From an uncultured Syntrophales bacterium (GTDB taxonomy: Bacteria > Desulfobacterota > Syntrophia > Syntrophales > JADFWA01): DNA of 64,000 bases. The stretch is taken from assembly GCA_964454305.1 (NCBI GenBank), contig CAYVXX010000002.1, positions 11,719 to 75,718 of the forward strand. Reading direction: 5' to 3'. Position numbers and translations under genes: made by a program. Under the pieces are notes generated by a model. The model did no database searches. It had not been told where the DNA came from and was given only the letters and a program-made list of their open reading frames with translations. Numbering within the stretch: position 1 is the stretch's first letter; each line of letters starts with the position of its first letter. Below, one piece after another: positions 47,268 through 55,845 of this stretch.

Positions 47268-48194
47268 ATTAAGGAAATCATAAGAATAGGAACACGCGGA
47301 AGTAATCTGGCGCTGAAACAGGCACACTGGGTGGCCGACAGGCTGAAAAAGAAATACCCCGACATGATTACGGAGATTTCCGTAATCAAAACAAAGGGAG
47401 ACAGGATGCAAAATATTTCTTTGGCCGGTATCGGGGGAAAGGGTGTTTTTGTCAAGGAGATTGAAGAAGCACTCCTTAAAGGCGACCTTGCGATTGCTGT
47501 GCACAGTATGAAGGATGTTCCCACAGAACTTCCGGAAGAGTTGGAAATAGGAGTCGTGACCGAAAGAGAGGATCCCAGAGATGTTCTGATATCACGGGAA
47601 AACGTGAAAATAGAGGATCTGCCAACCGGAGCCCGGATAGGTACAGGTTCCCTCAGAAGGGCATTACAACTGCGTAATCTGATGCCGGATGTCAAAATCG
47701 TTTCTATCCGGGGCAATCTGGACACGAGAATAAAAAAGCTGAAAACAGATAATCTTGATGGCGTGGTGGTTGCAGCGGCCGGGATGAAACGTATGGGATG
47801 GGAAGAGAGTGTCTCCCAATTCATCCCCATCGAAGTAATGGTCCCCTCCCCCGGACAGGGTGCGCTTGGTATAGAACTACGAAAGGATGATGAAGAAATA
47901 AGAGACATTGTCTCCTTTCTCAATCACAGCTCATCGTCGATTGAAGTTATGGCCGAAAGGGCTTTTTTAACACAATTGGGGGGAGGATGTCAGGTACCGA
48001 TAGCGGCTTTCGGTAAAAAACAGGACGATGAATTAATTTTAAGAGGCCTTGTGGGAAGTCTTGATGGAGAGATCATTATAGTGGATGAGATAACAGGAAA
48101 CAGCGAAGATTGGGAAGAATTAGGAAAGAAGCTGGCCGAGAATATCTGGTCGAGAGGTGGTCGGGAGATACTGGAGGAGATATACGATAGATAA
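47268..48194 (+). CDS. hemC: Porphobilinogen deaminase (hydroxymethylbilane synthase), probable ATT start
   Basis: The conserved N-terminal IRIGTRGSNLALKQA motif is encoded at 47283-47327, upstream of the track's GTG at 47331. Cys motif GGCQVPIA. There is no ATG, GTG or TTG between the in-frame stop (47214-47216) and the motif. ATT 47268 lies 6 nt after GGAGG. Confidence 0.85.
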   Translation: MKEIIRIGTRGSNLALKQAHWVADRLKKKYPDMITEISVIKTKGDRMQNISLAGIGGKGVFVKEIEEALLKGDLAIAVHSMKDVPTELPEELEIGVVTEREDPRDVLISRENVKIEDLPTGARIGTGSLRRALQLRNLMPDVKIVSIRGNLDTRIKKLKTDNLDGVVVAAAGMKRMGWEESVSQFIPIEVMVPSPGQGALGIELRKDDEEIRDIVSFLNHSSSSIEVMAERAFLTQLGGGCQVPIAAFGKKQDDELILRGLVGSLDGEIIIVDEITGNSEDWEELGKKLAENIWSRGGREILEEIYDR

Positions 48195-48302
48195 GCGGTC
48201 AGCAATCAGTAAGATAAAGAAAGCTATCTTCTGCCTGATTCTTTGTTTTTACTAAAAACTGACGGCTGACTGTTAATCGCCAACAGAAGGAGATTTCAAT
48301 CC

Positions 48303-49817
48303 GTGAATAAGATGGGCAAAGTATATATCATCGGTGCCGGACCGGGAGATCCCGGGCTTATGACGGTCAGAGGATTACAATGTCTGCAGGAGGCCAATGT
48401 AGTTCTCTATGATTATCTTGTCAGCATTGAACTTCTCAACCATACGGCGGAAAATGCCCGGTTGATCTACGTGGGTAAAAAGGGTGGAAACCATACCATA
48501 CCCCAGGATAAACTGAATGAACTCCTTGTAAAGGAGGCGAAGAGCGGGAATGTCGTTGCCAGACTTAAAGGGGGAGATCCCTTTATCTTCGGAAGGGGCG
48601 GAGAAGAAGCAGAGATGCTCTCAAAGGAAGGAATCCCTTTTGAGGTGGTTCCCGGTGTCACTTCCGCCGTGGCTGTTCCAACCTATGCCGGGATACCTCT
48701 GACACACCGTGATTATACATCCACAGTTGCCTTTGTAACCGGTCATGAAGATCCTACAAAGGGTAAAAGCGATATAGCCTGGGAGAGAATCTCCGCCATC
48801 GGAACCGTTGTCTTCCTGATGGGTGTCAAGAACTTGAGGCATATCGTGGAAAACCTGGTCGGCAACGGGAGGGATTCAGAAACACCGGCTGCCCTGATAA
48901 GGTGGGGAACAACGGCGGATCAGGAAACCCTGACAGGAACTCTTCGAAATATAGTAGAGATAGCGGAAGAAAAAATTTTTTCACCACCGGCGATATTTGT
49001 CGTGGGAGAAGTGGTAAAATTGAGAGAGTCCCTGAACTGGTTTGAAAAGAAACCCCTCTTCGGTAAAGGAATCGTTATTACGAGACCCTTTGAACAGGCA
49101 GGAGAATTTGCAGATATTTTGCATAGAGCGGGGGCACGGGTTATCTGTTTCCCCACGATAAAGATTGTTCCGCCCGAGAATTTCGATGATCTGGACCGGG
49201 CGATAGGAAATATAGAAAAATACCACTGGATTGTATTTACCAGTGTAAACGGGGTTAAGTTTTTCTTCAAGCGCCTTGATGATTTGAATAAGGACATAAG
49301 AGGCCTCAAGGGAATCAGAATATGTGCCATCGGACCCGCTACCTCTGCTGCTGTGGAAAATTACGGGATCCGCATCGATATCATCCCCGATGATTATACG
49401 TCTGAAGCTGTTCTGGAAAAATTTAAAGAACAGAAAATCAGGGACAAGAACTTTCTTCTGCCGAGGGCGGAAATTGCCAGTGACGTGATTCCGGAGGGCC
49501 TTTCAAAGCTCGGTGGAAACGTAGACGTCGCGGTAGCTTACCGGACAGTTAGTTCGGGAAGAGACAAGTCAGAGCTTTATGACTTAATAGGGCAAAATAA
49601 GGTTGACGTCATTACCTTCACAAGTCCTTCCACCATGATTAACTTCCTGAATATTATGGGAGAAGACTTCCATCTTAACGAAAATATAAAGACAGCGTGC
49701 ATAGGACCTGTGACGGCCGCTGCCGCGGAAAAACTCGGTTTCAAGACCGACATCATGCCGGAGACATATACCATTTCCGGCCTTGTAGATGCGCTGATAG
49801 AGGATTTTAGACAATGA
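48303..49817 (+). CDS. cobA: Uroporphyrinogen-III C-methyltransferase / uroporphyrinogen-III synthase fusion
   Basis: N-terminal SUMT motif [18 protein letters not shown] and a C-terminal HemD-like half. 504 aa. Confidence 0.85.
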   Translation: MNKMGKVYIIGAGPGDPGLMTVRGLQCLQEANVVLYDYLVSIELLNHTAENARLIYVGKKGGNHTIPQDKLNELLVKEAKSGNVVARLKGGDPFIFGRGGEEAEMLSKEGIPFEVVPGVTSAVAVPTYAGIPLTHRDYTSTVAFVTGHEDPTKGKSDIAWERISAIGTVVFLMGVKNLRHIVENLVGNGRDSETPAALIRWGTTADQETLTGTLRNIVEIAEEKIFSPPAIFVVGEVVKLRESLNWFEKKPLFGKGIVITRPFEQAGEFADILHRAGARVICFPTIKIVPPENFDDLDRAIGNIEKYHWIVFTSVNGVKFFFKRLDDLNKDIRGLKGIRICAIGPATSAAVENYGIRIDIIPDDYTSEAVLEKFKEQKIRDKNFLLPRAEIASDVIPEGLSKLGGNVDVAVAYRTVSSGRDKSELYDLIGQNKVDVITFTSPSTMINFLNIMGEDFHLNENIKTACIGPVTAAAAEKLGFKTDIMPETYTISGLVDALIEDFRQ

Positions 49818-50989
49818 TTGGAATTTCAAAGCTATATTGCGGGGCTGTGGAGCCATCAGATGTCCTTCGTTACGGGAGGGACTCCGGGGAACTTCCTTCG
49901 CATCTCCTCCAGTTTTCCAGAGATAAAAAGCCTGTGGTCGTCTGGAATGTAACCAGAAGATGCAACCTTAAATGTATTCACTGCTACTCGAGTTCACAAA
50001 ATATACAATACAGTGATGAACTCAACATTGACGAGGGCAAAAAATTGATATCGGACCTCGCCTCTTTCGGTTCCCCGGTTGTTCTCTTTTCCGGCGGTGA
50101 ACCGTTGATGAGAAAGGACCTTTCCGAGCTTATCCGGTTCGCTGTGGATAAGGGTATGCGGGCAGTGATTTCAACAAACGGCACACTGATGACAAAAAAC
50201 CTGGCAAAGATCTTTGGGGAAATCGGCCTTTCTTATGTTGGCGTGAGCCTCGATGGAATGAAGGAAAAACATGACAGGTTCAGGGGGGTTAGTGGAGCTT
50301 TTGATGCCGCCCTGAAAGGAATCAGGCTCTGCCAGGATGAGGGTATAAAGGTGGGAGTTCGCTTTACCATAAGCAGGCAAAATTCCTCCGAAATCCCTTC
50401 CATTTTTGACTTCATTGAGGAAAGAGAAATCCCCCGGGCATGTTTTTATCACCTCGTCTATGCGGGACGCGGCTCCGCGTTGATTGATGAAGATCTGTCC
50501 CACGATGAAACGAGAAAAGTGGTAGATATTATCATGGACAGGACAAGAGATCTTTTTGATCGTGGAATGGAAAAAGAGATACTCACCGTGGACAACCATG
50601 CCGATGGCCCGTATGTATATTTACGTTTACTGAAGGAAGACCCGAAAAGAGCCGCCGAAGTATTTGAGCTTCTCAAGATGAATGAGGGAAACAGTTCCGG
50701 AAACGGCATCGGGTGTGTGAGCTGGGATGGTGAGGTCCACGCAGACCAGTTCTGGAGAAATCTGTCCTTCGGTAATGTCAGGAAACGTCCCTTCAGTGAG
50801 ATATGGCTGGATACATCAAATGAATTGATGGTAAAATTGAAAGACAAAAGACCTCACGTGAAGGGGAGATGCGCAACCTGCCGCTGGCTCGATATCTGCG
50901 GGGGCAATTTTCGCGCGAGGGCTGAGGCGGTATCAGGTGACATCTGGTCATCTGACCCGGCCTGTTATCTGACGGATGAAGAAATTTAA
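49814..50989 (+). CDS. ahbC: Radical SAM/SPASM enzyme of the alternative haem pathway, NirJ1/AhbC-like
   Basis: CNLKCIHC radical SAM motif and a C-terminal Cys cluster (CATCRWLDICGG). It sits among hem genes. The AhbC versus AhbD assignment rests on size and N-terminus only. Confidence 0.55.
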   Translation: MIGISKLYCGAVEPSDVLRYGRDSGELPSHLLQFSRDKKPVVVWNVTRRCNLKCIHCYSSSQNIQYSDELNIDEGKKLISDLASFGSPVVLFSGGEPLMRKDLSELIRFAVDKGMRAVISTNGTLMTKNLAKIFGEIGLSYVGVSLDGMKEKHDRFRGVSGAFDAALKGIRLCQDEGIKVGVRFTISRQNSSEIPSIFDFIEEREIPRACFYHLVYAGRGSALIDEDLSHDETRKVVDIIMDRTRDLFDRGMEKEILTVDNHADGPYVYLRLLKEDPKRAAEVFELLKMNEGNSSGNGIGCVSWDGEVHADQFWRNLSFGNVRKRPFSEIWLDTSNELMVKLKDKRPHVKGRCATCRWLDICGGNFRARAEAVSGDIWSSDPACYLTDEEI

Positions 50990-51025
50990 GTTTGATGTTT
51001 AAACTTTAAACTCAGGAGTGAGATC

Positions 51026-51997
51026 ATGTATTATCCAGCTTACAGGCCAAGGAGATTGAGGAAAAACGCGAGTTTCAGGAGAATGATACGGGAGACAAAA
51101 TTGTCTGTTGATGACCTTGTTTATCCCCTCTTTGTAACCTCTGGCCGTAATGTCAAGAAACCGATCAACTCCATGCCGGGCAATTTTCAGATGTCTGTTG
51201 ATCATCTGGTGAAAGAAGTGCAAAAAACGAAGGATCTCGGTATTCCCGCGGTACTCCTTTTCGGCATTCCCGACAAGAAAGATGAAGTCGGTTCAGGCGC
51301 ATTTGCCGACGATGGGATTATCCAGCGCGCGACAAGGGAAATCAAGGAGAAGGTGCCTGATATCATGGTAATTTGTGACGTATGTCTCTGTGAATATACC
51401 AGCCATGGTCATTGCGGCACTATTAAAGACAACGATGTGGACAATGATGCCACCCTGGAAATTCTCGCAGAAACAGCCCTGTCTCAGGCGAAGGCCGGAG
51501 CGGATATGGTAGCCCCTTCCGGTATGATGGACGGCGGTGTCGGGATAATCAGGGAGGCCCTCGATGAGGAAGGATATGATGCCCTTCCCATTATGGCCTA
51601 TTCGGCAAAGTATGCCTCCTGCTTTTACGGACCCTTTCGCGAAGCCGCCGAAGGTGCCCCGCAATTTGGGGACAGGAAATCATACCAGATGGATCCGGCC
51701 AATTCCGATGAGGCTATCCGGGAGATAACCCTCGATGTTGAAGAGGGTGCGGATATTATTATGGTAAAACCTGCACTTCCTTATCTCGATATTATCTACA
51801 GGGCTAAAGAGGAATTCGATTTACCCATAGCGGCCTACAATGTCAGCGGGGAGTTTGCCATGATCAAGGCTGCTGCCAATCTTGGCTGGCTGGATGAGGA
51901 AAAGGCGATGATGGAAGCCCTTACATCAATAAAGAGGGCAGGGGCGGATATTATAATAACCTATTTTGCCCGGGACGCGGCCAATCTAATAGTTTAA
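51026..51997 (+). CDS. hemB: Porphobilinogen synthase (delta-aminolevulinate dehydratase)
   Basis: Motifs [13 protein letters not shown] and [12 protein letters not shown] (Schiff-base Lys), and a Cys-rich metal site [14 protein letters not shown]. Confidence 0.9.
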   Translation: MYYPAYRPRRLRKNASFRRMIRETKLSVDDLVYPLFVTSGRNVKKPINSMPGNFQMSVDHLVKEVQKTKDLGIPAVLLFGIPDKKDEVGSGAFADDGIIQRATREIKEKVPDIMVICDVCLCEYTSHGHCGTIKDNDVDNDATLEILAETALSQAKAGADMVAPSGMMDGGVGIIREALDEEGYDALPIMAYSAKYASCFYGPFREAAEGAPQFGDRKSYQMDPANSDEAIREITLDVEEGADIIMVKPALPYLDIIYRAKEEFDLPIAAYNVSGEFAMIKAAANLGWLDEEKAMMEALTSIKRAGADIIITYFARDAANLIV

Positions 51998-52033
51998 AGT
52001 TTAAAGTTTCAAGTTTCGAGTTTAAAGTTTGAA
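51992..52033. repeat. Six tandem 7-nt units GTTTNNA overlapping the hemB stop
   Basis: GTTTAAA GTTTAAA GTTTCAA GTTTCGA GTTTAAA GTTTGAA. It shares the word TAAAGTTTGAAG with family-A arms. Confidence 0.8.
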
Positions 52034-52077
52034 GATAGAGGGGCGGGTTTTATCCCTGCCTGATAGGGTTATCAGTA

Positions 52078-53157
52078 ATGGTTTCAAATAAACAAGCTTT
52101 AATCTTACCCCATACACTTCGCATGATTGCCTGGGAGGTAACGAGGAGCTGTAACCTCTCCTGTATACACTGCCGGGCTTCATCAGAATACGGCCCCTAT
52201 GAAGGGGAACTCACCACCGATCAATGTTTTAAACTCGTTGACGACATAGCATCCTTTAGCAAACCGGTGATTATCCTGACCGGTGGTGAACCGCTGATGC
52301 GGGAGGATATCTTCGATATCGCCTCTTATGTGGATAAGAAGGGTCTGCGCGTGGTACTGGCCACTAACGGTACACTGGTAACTAACGATATTGCCGTAAA
52401 AATGCTTGAATCGGGAATCAAAAGGGTCAGTATCAGCATCGATGGTCTGGATGCGGAAAGTCATGATGCCTTTCGTGGGGTATCCGGCGCCTTTGAGAAG
52501 GTGATGGCCGGGATTGCGGCCATGAAAAAAGCCGGATTGGAATTTCAGATCAATACCACTATAACCCGGGTCAATCTATATCAAATTCAGGGGATCCTGA
52601 ATCTGGCCATCGGGCTGGGTGCCGCCGCTCACCACATCTTTCTCCTTGTACCCACAGGGAGGGGAAGAGAAATGGCTGATCAGGAAATACCACCGCAAGA
52701 TTATGAAGAAACGTTGAACTGGTTTTATGAACAGAGTTTCACTTGCCCGATTCAGCTCAAAGCTACCTGCGCTCCTCACTACTTTCGCATTTTCCATCAG
52801 CGAAGAAAGGAACGACCGGCGGAATCAAGGGAAGAAAGGGATTCATTGAACACCATGACCAGAGGTTGTATGGGGGGCGTTTCGTTCTGTTTTCTTTCCC
52901 ATACGGGGCAGGTGCAGCCTTGTGGTTTTCTTGAGATTGACTGTGGTCAGCTCAAAGAAAAGAGCTTGGAAGATGTTTGGAATAATTCCCCTGTTTTTAC
53001 TGATCTGAGGGATTTGAGTAAGTACAAAGGGAAATGCGGCCGCTGCGAGTTTGTAAAGGTGTGCGGCGGTTGCCGTGCCCGCGCCTATGAAGTCACGGGA
53101 GACTACCTGGCTGAGGAACCATTTTGTATTTATGAACCAAGGAATAAGGGGCAGTGA
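52078..53157 (+). CDS. ahbD: Radical SAM/SPASM enzyme of the alternative haem pathway, NirJ2/AhbD-like (haem synthase)
   Basis: CNLSCIHC motif and a SPASM-like C-terminus (CGRCEFVKVCGGCRARAY). Confidence 0.55.
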   Translation: MVSNKQALILPHTLRMIAWEVTRSCNLSCIHCRASSEYGPYEGELTTDQCFKLVDDIASFSKPVIILTGGEPLMREDIFDIASYVDKKGLRVVLATNGTLVTNDIAVKMLESGIKRVSISIDGLDAESHDAFRGVSGAFEKVMAGIAAMKKAGLEFQINTTITRVNLYQIQGILNLAIGLGAAAHHIFLLVPTGRGREMADQEIPPQDYEETLNWFYEQSFTCPIQLKATCAPHYFRIFHQRRKERPAESREERDSLNTMTRGCMGGVSFCFLSHTGQVQPCGFLEIDCGQLKEKSLEDVWNNSPVFTDLRDLSKYKGKCGRCEFVKVCGGCRARAYEVTGDYLAEEPFCIYEPRNKGQ

Positions 53158-53244
53158 TCAGTGGTCAGTGTTAAGCGTTTATGGAGTAATCCTAAGTTTA
53201 TAATTGGGTTCATGACCCGTAGCCTTTAGCCTTAAGCCTCAGAT

Positions 53245-53691
53245 ATGGACGAAACAGACAAAAAGATATTGAACATTATCCAAACCGATTTCCCGGTTAA
53301 TGCAGAGCCCTTCAATGTACTGGCCAAGAGAATCAGCATTGATGAGGATGAAGTCCTGCAACGTGTCAAAAAGCTGAAGGAGACAGGGATCATTCGCAGA
53401 ATGGGAGCAGTGTTTGACACCCGAAAACTTGGTTTTGCAAGCACTCTTTGTGCCGCTCGGGTCTCAGAGGAGAAGCTGAAAGAATTTGTCGAAATCGTCA
53501 ATTCTTATCCGGGGGTAACCCATAATTACAGAAGAAACCACGAATACAATGTCTGGTTTACTTTCATGGCTTCTACCGAAGAAGAGATAAAAAAATCGCT
53601 GGCGGAAATCAGTGAAAAAACTGGCATTAATGATATACTCAACATGTCTGCCAAACGGAATTTCAAGATTGATGTCAGTTTTGACTTATAA
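53245..53691 (+). CDS. Siroheme decarboxylase subunit (AsnC/Lrp-like, NirD/L/G/H = AhbA/AhbB family)
   Basis: N-terminus DKKILNIIQTDFPVNAEPF... and motif YPGVTHNYRRNHEYNVWFT. Confidence 0.7.
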   Translation: MDETDKKILNIIQTDFPVNAEPFNVLAKRISIDEDEVLQRVKKLKETGIIRRMGAVFDTRKLGFASTLCAARVSEEKLKEFVEIVNSYPGVTHNYRRNHEYNVWFTFMASTEEEIKKSLAEISEKTGINDILNMSAKRNFKIDVSFDL

Positions 53692-53701
53692 ATTTTCTTT
53701 T

Positions 53702-53816
53702 GAAGCTCCCCGCAGCAAGCTACGGGGAATCTCCGACTGTTAAGGAAATTTGTTGATTTTATTCGCTCGCTAACCCCGCTGCAAGCAACGGGGAATGCGC
53801 TCGCTGTTCAGTTCAA
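53702..53816. repeat. Family-B modular element (modules 1+3, no module 2)
   Basis: GAAGCTCCCCGCAGCAAGCTACGGGGAATCTCCGACTGT ... ATTCGCTCGCTAACCCCGCTGCAAGCAACGGGGAATGCGCTCGCTGTTCAGTTCAA. Confidence 0.85.
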
Positions 53817-53829
53817 TGAGGAGGGCAAA

Positions 53830-54405
53830 ATGATAAGAGCTTTGATACAGAAAACCAGAAGCTACAGAAGATTTTATCAGGATTTTGTCATCGAACTTGA
53901 TACACTGAGAGAACTTGTTGATCTTGCGAGACTCTCTGCTTCAGCAGCCAATATGCAACCGCTGAAATATATCCTTTCCTGTGAAATTCACAAGAATGGC
54001 CTGATATTTCCACACCTTGAGTGGGCCGGTTATCTGAAAGACTGGTCCGGTCCACAAGAAGGGGAAAGGCCATCCGCATATATCATTATACTCGCAGACA
54101 CACAGATAAGCCGATCCACCGGCTGTGATCACGGCATTGCTGCCCAGAATATCCTTCTTGGTGCAACGGAGAAGGGTTTAGGGGGCTGTATGATCGCTTC
54201 AATCAGGCGGACAAAACTTCGCGAAATCCTCAATTTACCGCCGCACCTCGAAATAATTCTTGTCCTGGCCCTCGGAAAACCAAAGGAAACGGTAGAAATA
54301 GAAACAGTCGGACCCGATGGAAACATAAAATACTGGCGTGATAGTGAAGGAAAACACCATGTACCGAAACGATCTTTGGATGATATCATAGTCGGTGAGA
54401 TGTAA
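53830..54405 (+). CDS. Nitroreductase family protein
   Basis: Motifs RSYRRF, SASAANMQP and GLGGCMI. Confidence 0.75.
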   Translation: MIRALIQKTRSYRRFYQDFVIELDTLRELVDLARLSASAANMQPLKYILSCEIHKNGLIFPHLEWAGYLKDWSGPQEGERPSAYIIILADTQISRSTGCDHGIAAQNILLGATEKGLGGCMIASIRRTKLREILNLPPHLEIILVLALGKPKETVEIETVGPDGNIKYWRDSEGKHHVPKRSLDDIIVGEM

Positions 54406-54454
54406 TCTTAAACAGAAAAGGGGAAGCCGCTATTGTAGAAAGGAGTTATAATTT

Positions 54455-54994
54455 ATGCTTGCTTCAGAAAACATGGCCTTAATCGTTGTCGACTTTCAGG
54501 GCAATCTGGCCCATTCAATGTATGAAAAGCATCAACTCTTCGAAAATGCGCAGAAGCTGATTCAAGGGGCACGTGTCTTTGAAATTCCCATCATTGTAAC
54601 AGAACAGATTCCCGAAAAACTTGGCCCAACGATACCTGAAATCGATCATTTTCTGCCTGACATTAAATATATAAGCAAGGCCACCTTCAACTGTTGTGAT
54701 AATAAACGTTTTCTGCATGAACTTGAATCACTAAACAGAAAGCAGATTGTGCTCTCAGGAATCGAAACGCATATCTGTGTCTATCAGACGGCCATGGGTT
54801 TGCTCAATATGGGTTATGAAGTTCATATTGTTGCGGATACCGTTTCTTCAAGAACAGTGAGAAATAGGGATATCGGACTGGAGAAGATGAAAGATAGTGG
54901 CGCAAGTCTGACAAGCACAGAAATAATGCTGTTTGAATTGCTGAAAACCGCAGAACACGAAAAATTCAGGGAAACCATAAAGATCGTGAAATAA
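54455..54994 (+). CDS. Isochorismatase-family cysteine hydrolase
   Basis: Motifs ALIVVDFQ and GIETHICV (nucleophile Cys). Confidence 0.75.
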   Translation: MLASENMALIVVDFQGNLAHSMYEKHQLFENAQKLIQGARVFEIPIIVTEQIPEKLGPTIPEIDHFLPDIKYISKATFNCCDNKRFLHELESLNRKQIVLSGIETHICVYQTAMGLLNMGYEVHIVADTVSSRTVRNRDIGLEKMKDSGASLTSTEIMLFELLKTAEHEKFRETIKIVK

Positions 54995-55010
54995 GAAGGC
55001 TCACCTCACA

Positions 55011-55046
55011 AAAAAGGCCTGCTCATATCAAGCAGGCCTTTTCCTT
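55011..55046. terminator. Bidirectional rho-independent terminator between convergent genes
   Basis: AAAAGGCCTGCT-CATATCA-AGCAGGCCTTTT, flanked by an A-run and a T-run. Confidence 0.8.
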
Positions 55047-55065
55047 TATAAGTTTATCCTTGTTA

Positions 55066-55845
55066 TTAACCTTCCGTCTTACTTATCGCCGTACTTTCCT
55101 CAGGTGATTCAGGCTCTCGAGTGATGTAACGTAAGAAGGATGGTCCAATCAAACCACCTGCCGCAAGCAGGCCAAACGGTTTGAACAGATCCTTCCAGGA
55201 GGCACTCTTTACCGGTTTTACCGGAAGTTCATCATATACGTCCACTTTTTCTGTAAGGACGTAGATGACGTGGGTTCCATCTACAAATTTATCCCCGTAG
55301 ACCGATGCATCTCCCCCTAGTTCCTTAGCCCGCTTGTAAGCCTTTTTCAGCATGTCTGCCTGGTCGCCGAACTGAAGGGCACCGGTGGGACACGCCTTGA
55401 CACAGGCAGGCAATAAATTGTTCTCCAGCCTGGTCATGCACATGTCACACTTAAAGGCCTTCTCGAGTTTTGCGTCCAGCTTTGGAATCCCGAACGGACA
55501 TGCATCGACGCATGCTCCACAGCCTATGCAATTTTCACGGCGAACACCTACCGTCCCAAATTTGGTATGGTATAGTGCGTCTGCCGGGCATACCTCTACA
55601 CACGCGGCATCGGTGCAATGCATACATCCATCTTTTCTGAACAACCATTTAACACCACCGTTACCATCGGATACCTCCTGGAACCTGATAAGAGTCCAGG
55701 TATTTGTCTGAAGGTCGGGTGGATTCTGATATGTTCCGGTATTTTTAGTCTGCTTTGCAGGATTTCCATTCCACTGCTTGCAGGCTAATTGACAGCCCCT
55801 GCATCCGGTACATTTTGAAAGATCAATGAGCTTAGCTTTAGACAT
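55066..55845 (-). CDS. fdhB: Formate dehydrogenase iron-sulfur subunit (FdnH/HybA-like) with C-terminal TM anchor
   Basis: Multiple CxxCxxCxxxCP ferredoxin motifs and the C-terminal helix GLLAAGGLIGPSFL. Its start abuts the fdhA stop. Confidence 0.85.
   Translation of the reverse strand: MSKAKLIDLSKCTGCRGCQLACKQWNGNPAKQTKNTGTYQNPPDLQTNTWTLIRFQEVSDGNGGVKWLFRKDGCMHCTDAACVEVCPADALYHTKFGTVGVRRENCIGCGACVDACPFGIPKLDAKLEKAFKCDMCMTRLENNLLPACVKACPTGALQFGDQADMLKKAYKRAKELGGDASVYGDKFVDGTHVIYVLTEKVDVYDELPVKPVKSASWKDLFKPFGLLAAGGLIGPSFLRYITREPESPEESTAISKTEG

Noticed and set aside
47213-47923. A 236-aa minus-strand ORF covering hemC.
   Set aside because: It is Ser/Pro/Arg-rich and antisense to hemC, which carries clear catalytic motifs on the + strand.
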